Source: a virus. From it: a DNA stretch of 39,316 nt. Position 1 is the stretch's first letter; the number at the start of each line of letters is the position of its first letter. A program made the translations under genes and the position numbers. Below, one piece after another: positions 9,701 to 17,051 of the stretch. The notes under the pieces are model-generated. The model had not been told where the DNA came from, ran no database searches, and saw only the letters and a program-made list of their open reading frames with translations. The stretch lies in IMG/VR virus record IMGVR_UViG_3300029868_000026, one strand, 5' to 3'.

Positions 9701-9847
9701 GCCATCTGGTATGGATACGTCCACATCTGTAGTAACGCCACCACTATCAACAGTAGCCTGGTAGATGATGCCACCAACATTTACCGTGCGCTCGTCCGAC
9801 TCTTCGTATATCTGGCCGTTGGGCAGTATTACCAGGCGATTAGCCAT
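6464..9847 (-). CDS. Giant 1127-aa protein: N-terminal 24-aa repeat array, FN3/Ig-like and propeller-like regions, and a C-terminal gpW/gp25-like baseplate wedge domain
   Basis: Single uninterrupted ORF. Its start codon abuts the upstream stop (9847/9848) and its end overlaps the J start by 4 nt. Confidence 0.75.
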   Translation of the reverse strand: MANRLVILPNGQIYEESDERTVNVGGIIYQATVDSGGVTTDVDVSIPDGSITLTGQVPSITVTDNKEVSIPVGVITLTGEVLTVDATDDKAVEVPSGSIALTGEVLTVNTADDKAVEVPTGSIALSGEVLTVGATDDKAVDVPTGSIALSGEVLTVGATDDKAVDVPTGLIALSGEVLTVDTTDDKAVEVPTGSIALSGEVLTVDTTDDKAVDVPAGSIALSGEVLAVDATNDKAVDVPTGLIALSGEVLTVDATDDKSVDVPSGSIALTGEVLTVDTTDDKAVEVPTGSIALSGEVLTVNTTNEKAVELPTGLIALTGEVLTVNTTDDKSVDVPTGSIALTGEVLTVDAPGNKSVNIPTGMISLVGSVPVVSSIPVFADGYPFIDTLGRYQFSLWVDVDIDASWTTVVVPAGDPTPTIPEILARTASGGAAPATSFFSAISNGSLAGVRLEGLQNNTAYDVYFVLVDNVTGDEWVYQLVQTTYDAPEITSVNLHNITESSIAVGISANGEGDLHTFIYRADNIPTDEQVYHGWGSPVSFKVIEGNGLPYGSIHTQYLPYEWDDTVYRFYYYMGLKDENPIIQFEEFTAPARIDYPPVINLPNDYTFVIEQDSSGVERSEVESKAYALIPDAMDSRDGSIDIIVDVSALPEFIPVGGPYEVVITTLADSSGQIGNEIWHFSVVERVVVDIVEGGVWSFQGEMITEESTVGPYSMDFNSITKNLYVGLYVVSGDSSTIGKLNVVSGVYENIAQQLVSQGMVNTNGIAAASVAVNEITGQVWGNIINGGTNTSSLVVSTDDFSTWDVIDDTFLGGYLVYEIYQCDAKGFLWIVAINTQTSEFKLFTVENDGSNPIEIPMYSDTPFPLVLFTLGTVDEINGDLYFVDANQQTQQQELWHYVLASGLWVNLGNVFGDSSIVTVVSITINALTKYIYGVVYDPSDQEYTSARLFEYNRETVGEILSLPLSRTFMLATDSSDGGVFVAELNLFTAVSPSREIWKYTPPTSKPIKKLSVYQPGKKKMSNELQNYLDLLVVDDDVVLDAVNVPESIIGRATIAQDIKHMIRETGLLVALIGERSISKINININRMEIEIENDLRIKPGTANIEKVGDTYYLKATTIEFGAMELLL
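8717..9724 (-). repeat. About 14 x 72-bp in-frame tandem repeat (24-aa unit K-A-V-[DE]-V-P-T-G-S-I-A-L-[ST]-G-E-V-L-T-V-[DN]-[TA]-T-D-D)
   Basis: The periodicity is directly visible in the translated ORF (residues about 42-377) and in the DNA. Units 3-13 are highly similar; the end units are degenerate. Confidence 0.95.
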
Positions 9848-11230
9848 TTACGCCACCAGTGAGATAGTCGGGCAGTAATTTACGGTTACAGACGGCTTAG
9901 TAATATATGCGGTAATATCTGGTATGCCGTCCGACCCCACATCTACTGAAGTATCAATGTCGACGTAGTACTCATTGTACCCGGTAAGGTCTGCCGCGCC
10001 GTTTTTCCACGTCGAGCCGGTGTCCGCCGTTAACTCTGTTCCGCCCGTCAAAAAATTACTATTTCTAGTACTCAGAAAATTAGATACGTTTCGGGTCGTT
10101 CCGTCGGGATACGTCAACGTGAAGTAAATATCTGAGCCTGTTAGGGTGTCGGTTGATGCCAGGTGAATCCGCAGTATTCCAGTAGTGGTTAGCGTTGCTC
10201 GAAGCGTTGGAAAATCAAACCAAAAAGGGTTAATGACTGAACATAGCGCAGACGTTATGCACTCTAGGCTTGTTTTTGTTCCAGAGTTAAACGGTGTGGA
10301 ATCGTTTCTGTGTACGCCCGAATCGTCTTGATCCATAACAGTACATCCGTTCGATATTACTGTAAATTGGTACTCTGAGTGCGCCGCATTATCCGAACTA
10401 CCAGTAATAACCATGCGCTTATCTGCGGCAGGTAACAGGTTGTCCGTGAAGATAACACCGCTTTTTAGGGCGCAATTCTTTATGCGCATGTCAAGCCCGT
10501 GGTAGCTGTGAGTATCGTTGTAGAGGATTTTGTCAGCATGCGTTAAGTCCACGCCGGTAAAATGCGCCCTCCCGCCCCCACCGCCAAACCCATACCCAAA
10601 AATCCCGTTAATCGACCCGCCCACCGAGTTATAGACTCTGCCACCTGTCATACACAGTGTGGCTCCGCCCTGCACGTTAAGACGCCCGCCAACGTCCTGT
10701 ATGTCTATGTCACTATTAATTAGTTTTAGGATGCACCCGTCTTTAGATGCCAAGCTCATTATGTCGGAATTTCCCGTAAGGATTAGCGTGCATAGTTCGG
10801 CTACTATCGCACTGTTTGTTGTGCCAGAGTTAAAGTTGTCCTTTGGCTGTAGCGTCAAGCCGAACAAGAACAAATCTCCGCGCAGGTAGTAACTCGCGTT
10901 ACTATCACCGCTTAAAATTATCTCAGACGCGCCGGGGCTAGGTGTGTCCGCATTAGAACTGCTAACAGAAATTATAGCCCTTGGGCTGCCCCCGCTTTCC
11001 TCACCATAATACGTTATGCTGCCGCTATCGGTCTTAACATAAGCGTGAGTGTCTGCCAACAATATAATATCGCCCGCCGCGTATGGCGTAGATGGTATGC
11101 TGTAAACGTCTTCTATTTTATTGTAATACGCACTGGCACCCATCGCAGCAAAAGAACCCGTTCTAAGCGTTGTAGAACGCCCCGCGTCTAAGGCCGCCGT
11201 TCCACCTAATAGCACATAAAAAAAATTCAT
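9848..11230 (-). CDS. Hypothetical protein, possibly a beta-helix (tailspike/depolymerase-like) structural protein
   Basis: 460-aa ORF with repetitive short strand-turn segments (LILTGNSDIM, LINSDIDIQDVGG, LCMTGGRVYN, GGGGGRAHFTGVDL, IKNCALKSGVIF). Tightly packed in the tail operon. Confidence 0.6.
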   Translation of the reverse strand: MNFFYVLLGGTAALDAGRSTTLRTGSFAAMGASAYYNKIEDVYSIPSTPYAAGDIILLADTHAYVKTDSGSITYYGEESGGSPRAIISVSSSNADTPSPGASEIILSGDSNASYYLRGDLFLFGLTLQPKDNFNSGTTNSAIVAELCTLILTGNSDIMSLASKDGCILKLINSDIDIQDVGGRLNVQGGATLCMTGGRVYNSVGGSINGIFGYGFGGGGGRAHFTGVDLTHADKILYNDTHSYHGLDMRIKNCALKSGVIFTDNLLPAADKRMVITGSSDNAAHSEYQFTVISNGCTVMDQDDSGVHRNDSTPFNSGTKTSLECITSALCSVINPFWFDFPTLRATLTTTGILRIHLASTDTLTGSDIYFTLTYPDGTTRNVSNFLSTRNSNFLTGGTELTADTGSTWKNGAADLTGYNEYYVDIDTSVDVGSDGIPDITAYITKPSVTVNYCPTISLVA

Positions 11231-11703
11231 TACACAATCCCCACATATGCAGAAATCACCGCTGCATTCGTTTCAAGTTCTGCCCACTTGGCTTTTGCTG
11301 CGACCACGTCCTCAATTGAGCAATTAAGGGCAATTGCGTACTGTTCATCAGTAAGCCCCATAGACAACAAAGTAGGGCCGATGTCTTTCATCTTCTCATA
11401 AGCCTCATAAGGCTCTACAGAGTCGAAACCCTCTTTTACCCATGCATACTGTACCTGTGCTTGTGTGGCTTCTTTGTGCGCCGATTGTATCCCTAAGCTA
11501 ACCGCCTCTTTTGCGTCCAGGTCTTGGACGCTAGACAGCACATCAGCCTCCAATTCGATTAACTTTGTGTCGGCATCTTCTGGCGTTGGGACAAACAGCG
11601 CACGTTGAAACTTTCGCCCATCATCTAGCACAAACAAAAACCGCGCTCGATAGCGCCCAGAATGGGGTTTCATACTAAGAACGCTTTTATTCGCTACTGG
11701 CAT
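11230..11703 (-). CDS. Hypothetical protein
   Basis: 157-aa ORF abutting or overlapping both neighbours. Confidence 0.6.
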   Translation of the reverse strand: MPVANKSVLSMKPHSGRYRARFLFVLDDGRKFQRALFVPTPEDADTKLIELEADVLSSVQDLDAKEAVSLGIQSAHKEATQAQVQYAWVKEGFDSVEPYEAYEKMKDIGPTLLSMGLTDEQYAIALNCSIEDVVAAKAKWAELETNAAVISAYVGIV

Positions 11704-11985
11704 CTAAGACCCACCCTCTCTATCATTTTTCGATTCTTTCACTGCATTAGAACAATGGTGTTCATCCATAGCATGTAACCCTAAACAAAATATTCGGCAT
11801 AAATTACAATGATGTTTATTTCTACCGAATACTTCAGAAAGCGTTACACCCTTTTCTCCAAACTCATCATCTAAACGAAACAACCAGTTCAACTGCGGGC
11901 CGAATTTAAAGTTTACCCACTCATCAAACAAAACCAATTTCAACCAGGTACTATCTGAAATAAGGCTCCGTATGAATTTGAACAT
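11704..11985 (-). CDS. Small Cys/His-rich hypothetical protein
   Basis: 93-aa ORF with C-terminal HHCNLCRIFCLGLHAMDEHHC, a possible metal-binding cluster. Confidence 0.55.
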   Translation of the reverse strand: MFKFIRSLISDSTWLKLVLFDEWVNFKFGPQLNWLFRLDDEFGEKGVTLSEVFGRNKHHCNLCRIFCLGLHAMDEHHCSNAVKESKNDREGGS

Positions 11986-11987
11986 GA

Positions 11988-12194
11988 TTAGGTACCATCT
12001 AATGCAGTTTTAACTTCATCAATAGCACCTTGAACACCATCTAATTCCGCTTGCAAACGTGCGGTGGTATCTTTGGTGGTGGTTGATTTTGCAATTGAAT
12101 ATTTAAGCCGTTTTGCACGCTGAATTAAACGCACGATATCGGCGGCGGGTTTGGTGCCGGTTGGGGTTATTGTAAAACCTTTATTTTTAGCCAT
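11988..12194 (-). CDS. Small basic/coiled-coil hypothetical protein
   Basis: 68-aa ORF located 2 nt upstream of the next gene. Confidence 0.5.
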   Translation of the reverse strand: MAKNKGFTITPTGTKPAADIVRLIQRAKRLKYSIAKSTTTKDTTARLQAELDGVQGAIDEVKTALDGT

Positions 12195-12207
12195 GGTTTT
12201 TATTCTC

Positions 12208-12636
12208 CTAAGATTCTACAAAAACGCCGTTCGCGTTCATGTTGAGGGTGAGTGTGTTGGTGTCGGTAACGGTGACATCATCCGGTGTATCATCTAACAA
12301 AGCATGACAACACACCTCATCCGGTGTGGTGCTTGTGCAAACGATAGCGGCATAATGCCCAGTAATTGGACCACCCGCCGCATCAAATGCCGGGTCATTC
12401 ACATCAAACGTGACATCACCGCCCGAACGAGACCACGTTGGCGTTAGTGGTTGCGCTGCATAACCATTGCCTGATAGTTCATTGGTGGCGGTGGTGGCAT
12501 CACCCACGGAAGTGGTGGCGATATTTGATGCGACTGTATAAAGCCGCATTTCAAAAACGGAATTATCCATGTCAATGGTGTTATCGCCTTTAAATTCTTT
12601 GAACCTGTCGTGTGGTACCCAAGCTAATGCGCCCAT
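12208..12636 (-). CDS. Hypothetical protein immediately downstream of the tape measure
   Basis: 142-aa ORF in the late operon. Confidence 0.6.
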   Translation of the reverse strand: MGALAWVPHDRFKEFKGDNTIDMDNSVFEMRLYTVASNIATTSVGDATTATNELSGNGYAAQPLTPTWSRSGGDVTFDVNDPAFDAAGGPITGHYAAIVCTSTTPDEVCCHALLDDTPDDVTVTDTNTLTLNMNANGVFVES

Positions 12637-12670
12637 TTTTTTATCCTCTGTGATTGTTAAACGTAATCTA

Positions 12671-14464
12671 TTAACCGGCGGCCAATGCTAAATGGTCTGC
12701 CAGCGATACCGCATCAACGTGCTGAGCGTGGATTTCAACTTTTCCTATTCTGGCTCCGCTGTTGTTGTTGCTGGTTGCGTTGGTAATTTGTGATAACAAC
12801 CCACCCGCCGCCACCCGGCTTGTTTTGTTGCTGGTTAGGTTGGGCGGTGCTGGCATGTTAACGTTGCCGCCACCGATAACCCCAAGCTTTTCAAGAACAA
12901 TCGATACACCGGAAGTAAGCAGGCCAAACGGATTTAACATTTTTAACCAGGGTTTGAAATCGATAAACCATTGTTTGATTTTATCGAAATTATCAATCAC
13001 CCATCCCACCGCATCCACTACCGCCAAAAGCGGTGTGTATAGAAAATTTGTAATAAAATTGGATTCAATCATTTTTCGCAAACTGGAAAATTTATTGCCC
13101 ATAAAAGTCATGGCGGTATCCCAGTTTTTATATAACCAAACTGCACCTACTCCCAACGCCACCACGGCGGCTATAATGCCCATCACGGGGGTAAATACCA
13201 TTCCAGCACTAAAGGCCACGGCAATCCATAAACCCTTGAACAGTAAAAGAGTACCGCCCAACATGGTTAAAGCCCCAACCGCTGCAATTAACGCAATCAC
13301 CCCAAGCGTTGCAAAACCAATCACCCTGGTAACGTTGGGAAACATGGTTGACCAGCGCACCAATTTATCGGTGAAATCCGCCACCATGTTCATTAATGGA
13401 TTCAACACCACCATCAATTGTTCACCAATTCTTGTTTTTATCGCGGTGAAACCTGAACTCATCCGCTCCCATGAATTGGTCATTTGTAGCGCCATCAATG
13501 TGGCATTTTCCATGCCCTTAATGTTGCTCAATTCTTCCATCGAATTTTTGAGGTTGGTGGTTTTGCCTGATAACGATAGGATTAATGCAAGCGCCTCTTT
13601 GGAGCCAAACGCTTTATGTATAGCGCCTTTTTCCGCTAGGGTATCCAATGCCCCATATTTGCCGCGAATCTTCGCTAGAACCTCTAGCATCGGCAACAAT
13701 CGCCCATGTGAATCGGTAAACTGTAAACCTAGTGCTTTTTGTGCTTTCCCGGCACCGGCTAAGAAAGCTTTGTATTTAGTTGCGGCCTCTGAACCTGACA
13801 TGCTGGCACCCAATGTGCCCATGATGGCCATTTGGTTGGCCATGGATACACCACTTACTGTTGCCATCTCTCCCAAATTGGAGAATGATTCCGCCATTTT
13901 TGACCCGGTGGTTTTAAATATTTCAACCGCTTTTGCAGTTTGCCCCGCCACCATTTCCACCCAATTGGATTTGCCCATTTTAATGGCCGTTTTCTCGAAA
14001 ACGGAATACATGGTGCCCATATAATCGGTGATGGTGGCAACGTTGGATTTTGTGGCTTTAGCGAGTACGGCACTTGCGTTGGTGAACTTTGCCAGTTGAT
14101 TGCCTTCTAGGCCGCCAATCGCGGATTGTATATCATATGAGGCGCGCGCAAAGGCCGCCGCGTTTTCTCCAAATTTAATTGAAGAACGCAACGCGGTGTT
14201 TTGAAGGTTTTTTAATACGGTTTCAGTGACTCCAAGGCTTCTAACTTCGCCCAGTGCAGACATCATATCTTTTATGGGGTTTAGCAACCCCCCAAGCAAT
14301 CGACCGGCACCGGCTATTCCTGCAATGCCTATGCCTAACTTCAAAAAACCCGAGCTGGTATGTCTTGTCATGCGGTCAACGTTGCGCATAATTTTACCGA
14401 CCGGGCCGGAAACTTTATCGATAAGGGACACGCTAAATAATAATTTTTCAAGTTTTGATATCAT
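12671..14464 (-). CDS. Tail tape measure protein
   Basis: 597 aa, Ala/Gly/Met-rich helical protein with a hydrophobic C-terminal segment. It sits directly after the frameshifted chaperone pair, and its start overlaps the frameshift-product stop (taATG). Confidence 0.9.
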   Translation of the reverse strand: MISKLEKLLFSVSLIDKVSGPVGKIMRNVDRMTRHTSSGFLKLGIGIAGIAGAGRLLGGLLNPIKDMMSALGEVRSLGVTETVLKNLQNTALRSSIKFGENAAAFARASYDIQSAIGGLEGNQLAKFTNASAVLAKATKSNVATITDYMGTMYSVFEKTAIKMGKSNWVEMVAGQTAKAVEIFKTTGSKMAESFSNLGEMATVSGVSMANQMAIMGTLGASMSGSEAATKYKAFLAGAGKAQKALGLQFTDSHGRLLPMLEVLAKIRGKYGALDTLAEKGAIHKAFGSKEALALILSLSGKTTNLKNSMEELSNIKGMENATLMALQMTNSWERMSSGFTAIKTRIGEQLMVVLNPLMNMVADFTDKLVRWSTMFPNVTRVIGFATLGVIALIAAVGALTMLGGTLLLFKGLWIAVAFSAGMVFTPVMGIIAAVVALGVGAVWLYKNWDTAMTFMGNKFSSLRKMIESNFITNFLYTPLLAVVDAVGWVIDNFDKIKQWFIDFKPWLKMLNPFGLLTSGVSIVLEKLGVIGGGNVNMPAPPNLTSNKTSRVAAGGLLSQITNATSNNNSGARIGKVEIHAQHVDAVSLADHLALAAG

Positions 14465-14963
14465 TACCCTGTCCCATTAAACGCATTACTAATGCCGTTG
14501 CCCAATGAAAGTTCAAAGCGGTTCCAGTATTCGTTTTCTAAATACAACGCCTTGCCTAATTCATCATCATCTATCGGTTGGCCCGGAAACCATTTCGCGG
14601 CTAACAGTCTTAAACGGTCGTAACCGTTGGCCGCGATTTGTTCCGCTAGGGCTTCCGCTTTTTTACAACAATGTCCAAATCTGGCACATATTCTTCAACC
14701 ACAAGTTGAACAATTTCCATTTCAGCGCCCGGTGTGTTTCGCATCAAATGAACTAACTGAGTCCGTTTGTCTGTTTCCACGGTGGCGGTTAAGAAATTAA
14801 ACGCGGGGCCAACCTTTTGCGCGCCCACCTTGTTAACAAAACCATTGTATTCTTCACGGGTAACATTGAATGTGTAATCAATGCCACTAATGCATAATAC
14901 AATTGCCTGTTTGTTTTTATCTTCCGTTTCTGTTCTTTCTTCTGTTTCTTTGTTCTTCTCCAT
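14464..14963 (-). CDS. Tail assembly chaperone -1 frameshift product (gpGT / gpE+E'-like)
   Basis: A -1 slip at 14664..14658 opens a 63-codon stop-free extension (AEALAEQIAANGYDRLRLLAAKWFPGQ...NAFNGTG*). It ends at 14464, overlapping the tape measure ATG. Confidence 0.8.
14646..14963 (-). CDS. Tail assembly chaperone (gpG/gpE-like), zero-frame product
   Basis: 105-aa acidic ORF upstream of the tape measure, ending ...VVKKRKP* across an A_AAA_AAG slippery site. Confidence 0.85.
   Translation of the reverse strand: MEKNKETEERTETEDKNKQAIVLCISGIDYTFNVTREEYNGFVNKVGAQKVGPAFNFLTATVETDKRTQLVHLMRNTPGAEMEIVQLVVEEYVPDLDIVVKKRKP
14658..14664 (-). promoter_or_regulatory. Programmed -1 ribosomal frameshift heptamer A_AAA_AAG
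   Basis: The minus strand reads gtA AAA AAG cgg in the zero frame. This is the same heptamer as the E. coli dnaX slippery site, and it sits at the chaperone position where tailed phages conserve a programmed frameshift. Confidence 0.8.
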
Positions 14964-15243
14964 TTTCCCGCTCCGCGTGCTGTTGTTGTAAAAGCTTATA
15001 TTTAGCTTTTAGTGTTGTGAAATCTTCGCGGCCTTGTTCCCGCAAATCCCGCTTTCGCTTAAAATACAAATCAGTCCAATAGGTGGCAAAGATTGACGTA
15101 ATACCAAAAATGGTTAGCCAATCGCTAAGTTCCCAACCTGCAACAATCCCAATTAATGATGTGATATAAGCTATTAACCCGGTGATGTTGTCTTGCATTT
15201 TAAATTCCCAGTTTTCATGGATTATTTTCAATTGCCCGATCAC
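14917..15243 (-). CDS. Putative class II holin / small membrane lysis protein
   Basis: Two hydrophobic helices (ITGLIAYITSLIGIVAGW, WLTIFGITSIFATYW) followed by a highly charged tail. It lies in the lysis cassette. The start is ambiguous (GTG at 15243 or ATG at 15198). Confidence 0.55.
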   Translation of the reverse strand: MIGQLKIIHENWEFKMQDNITGLIAYITSLIGIVAGWELSDWLTIFGITSIFATYWTDLYFKRKRDLREQGREDFTTLKAKYKLLQQQHAERENGEEQRNRRKNRNGR

Positions 15244-15785
15244 TTCACGGGATTAAAATTAAATGCATCTTTCTCTTTGCTGCCCATGGATGAACCAAAG
15301 AAAAAGCTAATTATCTGTAACCGCTCTTGCCATAACGACGAAATACTACCGCCAATGAGATTGCCAAGCGCCACCGCTATAATGGGGTTTGTGATAAAGT
15401 GCGCAACCGCAAGGTTTGCGATAAGCAGCAACAACACCGCCCACAAGTTCCATTTTATTATCCGCTCTGCGATCTTATCGGCCATTGTGTTTTTCTTGGC
15501 ATAAAGTTCACGCGCCCCGGCAACATCAGCAAGGTATAATTTTTTTAATTCATGTTCTTGTTTTACTATTTCTTGTTTAACTTGATTGCTAAAACTCTTG
15601 TTTGCCACTACTAGTTCAACGGCTCTTTGTGGGTCATTTTCACCGGTAACAATTTGCGCAATTTGGGTAATCTTTTGCGCGGTTTGTTCACCGAAGTTAT
15701 CCCCGATTTTTTCACTTATCCACGAGCCAAGCCCGGTGTGTTTAATTACAGTACTTGCCAGTGTGATTGCTGCTAACACTCCCAT
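15240..15785 (-). CDS. Putative holin-like membrane protein (coiled-coil segment plus C-terminal TM helices)
   Basis: 181 aa, placed right after the endolysin-like gene (13-nt overlap). TM segments WNLWAVLLLLIANLAVAHFI and IIAVALGNLIGGSI. The architecture resembles 3-TM GTA-type holins; this is a judgement from memory only. Confidence 0.45.
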   Translation of the reverse strand: MGVLAAITLASTVIKHTGLGSWISEKIGDNFGEQTAQKITQIAQIVTGENDPQRAVELVVANKSFSNQVKQEIVKQEHELKKLYLADVAGARELYAKKNTMADKIAERIIKWNLWAVLLLLIANLAVAHFITNPIIAVALGNLIGGSISSLWQERLQIISFFFGSSMGSKEKDAFNFNPVK

Positions 15786-16363
15786 AAATCCGCCTTATTT
15801 ATTAATGTGTAAGTGAAACTGTTACCCGTTAACGATGCCGCTTTGTAACACAGCGCCATGAAAATATTAAAATCCAACGGGTCTGCAAATACTTGGCACC
15901 CGGCGCTCCATTTATTAACTTGGATAGATTTGCGTTTCTCATTCGCCCGGTGGCAATTGATGCCAAACCACCCGTGGTATTCTTCACCGGCTGCGGTTGG
16001 TATGTTGTCGGCGTCTTTGTCGCGGTAAACGGTAATCATCCGCCGTTGCACAAGTGCGTCATAACCTTTATGTTGGCCAATTTTCCACAATGATGGATAT
16101 TGACCCGGTTTAACAATGGCGGTGCCTTCCTCAACCATCGGATTTTCCAAATAGTATTTTCCAGGCACGGTGGTAATAGGAAAACAAATTGCGTTTTGCT
16201 CACCCTTCACCAGATACAACACATACAACGAATCAACAAACCGGTTGCTTGCGGTGTCATGGCTACGGACACCCACAATATTTAGGTTGTATTCGCCTTT
16301 GTTAAAAAACTTGAAACCCTTTTGGCGGAAAACAGATTGCATTCGTTTATACATTGTGCTCAT
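15773..16363 (-). CDS. Putative endolysin with a YkuD-like (L,D-peptidase fold) His...Ser-x-Gly-Cys motif
   Basis: GINCHRANEKRKSIQVNKWSAGCQV has the spacing H-x14-S-x-G-C typical of L,D-transpeptidase-fold enzymes. It is adjacent to holin-like genes. Start chosen at the internal ATG 16363 (15 nt after the upstream stop, RBS-like ggggg). Confidence 0.5.
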   Translation of the reverse strand: MSTMYKRMQSVFRQKGFKFFNKGEYNLNIVGVRSHDTASNRFVDSLYVLYLVKGEQNAICFPITTVPGKYYLENPMVEEGTAIVKPGQYPSLWKIGQHKGYDALVQRRMITVYRDKDADNIPTAAGEEYHGWFGINCHRANEKRKSIQVNKWSAGCQVFADPLDFNIFMALCYKAASLTGNSFTYTLINKADLWEC

Positions 16364-16380
16364 TTCCAACCCCCGTTGCT

Positions 16381-16593
16381 TTATCGTTGTTGCTGCTTTT
16401 CTAAATCGGTTTGACAATCCACACACAACGTTACCCCACCCAATTTTTGCCGTGCCGGGGGTATCTTTGCCCCGCATTCACACCATGCTTTGCTCGCACG
16501 GGAAAAATTGCTTGTTGCCAACTGGGCTTGCAATGAACTTGCATTTAGCAAGGTTTGCAAATCCGTGGCGTTGTCTATCTGGTCGGCTGCCAT
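16381..16593 (-). CDS. TraR/DksA-family C4 zinc-finger protein
   Basis: 70 aa with the C-terminal motif WCECGAKIPPARQKLGGVTLCVDCQ. I recall small zinc-finger genes at this position in P2/HP1-like phages (from memory, unverified). Confidence 0.75.
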   Translation of the reverse strand: MAADQIDNATDLQTLLNASSLQAQLATSNFSRASKAWCECGAKIPPARQKLGGVTLCVDCQTDLEKQQQR

Positions 16594-16595
16594 GA

Positions 16596-17051
16596 TTACA
16601 GTATGAAAGTTTCAGCCAACAACGTATCAATGTAAGGCACGCCATTTATACGGATAAAATCTTTGCCGGTGACATCAAAGGGTAGTGTGTGCATCACCTG
16701 TTCACCGCCCGTTGATTTGGCACTGAGCAAATCAGATATACGCAATTTGCACTCGAACGCCTCAATGTTCAAAATATCCGTTGGTGTTGCACCATTAAAC
16801 ACAAAATCAAAAGCAGACAATGATTGAAACGAACCGGCTGCTTTTGCCGCTGCCAATATCAAATTGAAATTGGTTGTATCAACTTTAATTTCACCACTTG
16901 CTGAAACATCGCCCGTGGTATATCCGTTTGGTTGGCCTCGTGTTTTTGCAACCGCTGTATTGTCTTCAATGCTTACACTCACCTCATCAACATGGATTAT
17001 CATGTAGCCAATGAAAACATTGATATCTTTGCCGGTTAATCGTCTGGACAT
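16596..17051 (-). CDS. Tail tube protein
   Basis: 151-aa ORF directly after the sheath gene. Size and position fit a tube protein. Confidence 0.7.
   Translation of the reverse strand: MSRRLTGKDINVFIGYMIIHVDEVSVSIEDNTAVAKTRGQPNGYTTGDVSASGEIKVDTTNFNLILAAAKAAGSFQSLSAFDFVFNGATPTDILNIEAFECKLRISDLLSAKSTGGEQVMHTLPFDVTGKDFIRINGVPYIDTLLAETFIL

Noticed and set aside
8717-9724. Diversity-generating retroelement (template/variable repeat) as an explanation for the near-identical repeats with position-specific substitutions
   Set aside because: No reverse transcriptase ORF exists anywhere in the genome. The substitutions are not adenine-specific, and there are many tandem copies rather than a TR/VR pair.
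8724-9764. 346-aa plus-strand ORF with its own striking repeats (TSPLNAIEPVGTSTALSSV...)
   Set aside because: It is the antisense reading of the 72-bp repeat array. The periodicity is inherited from the minus-strand gene, which is the one embedded in the coupled late operon.
12762-14024. 420-aa ORF on the plus strand antisense to the tape measure gene
   Set aside because: It lies entirely within, and antisense to, a confidently assigned gene. Its low-complexity Ala/Pro/Leu-rich translation is typical of the mirror frame of an Ala/Gly/Met-rich gene, and it has no RBS context.
15193-15504. 103-aa plus-strand ORF in the lysis region (and similar 60-140-aa plus-strand ORFs throughout 500-22000)
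   Set aside because: All lie antisense within the tightly packed minus-strand late operon. None has a recognisable motif or translational signals.
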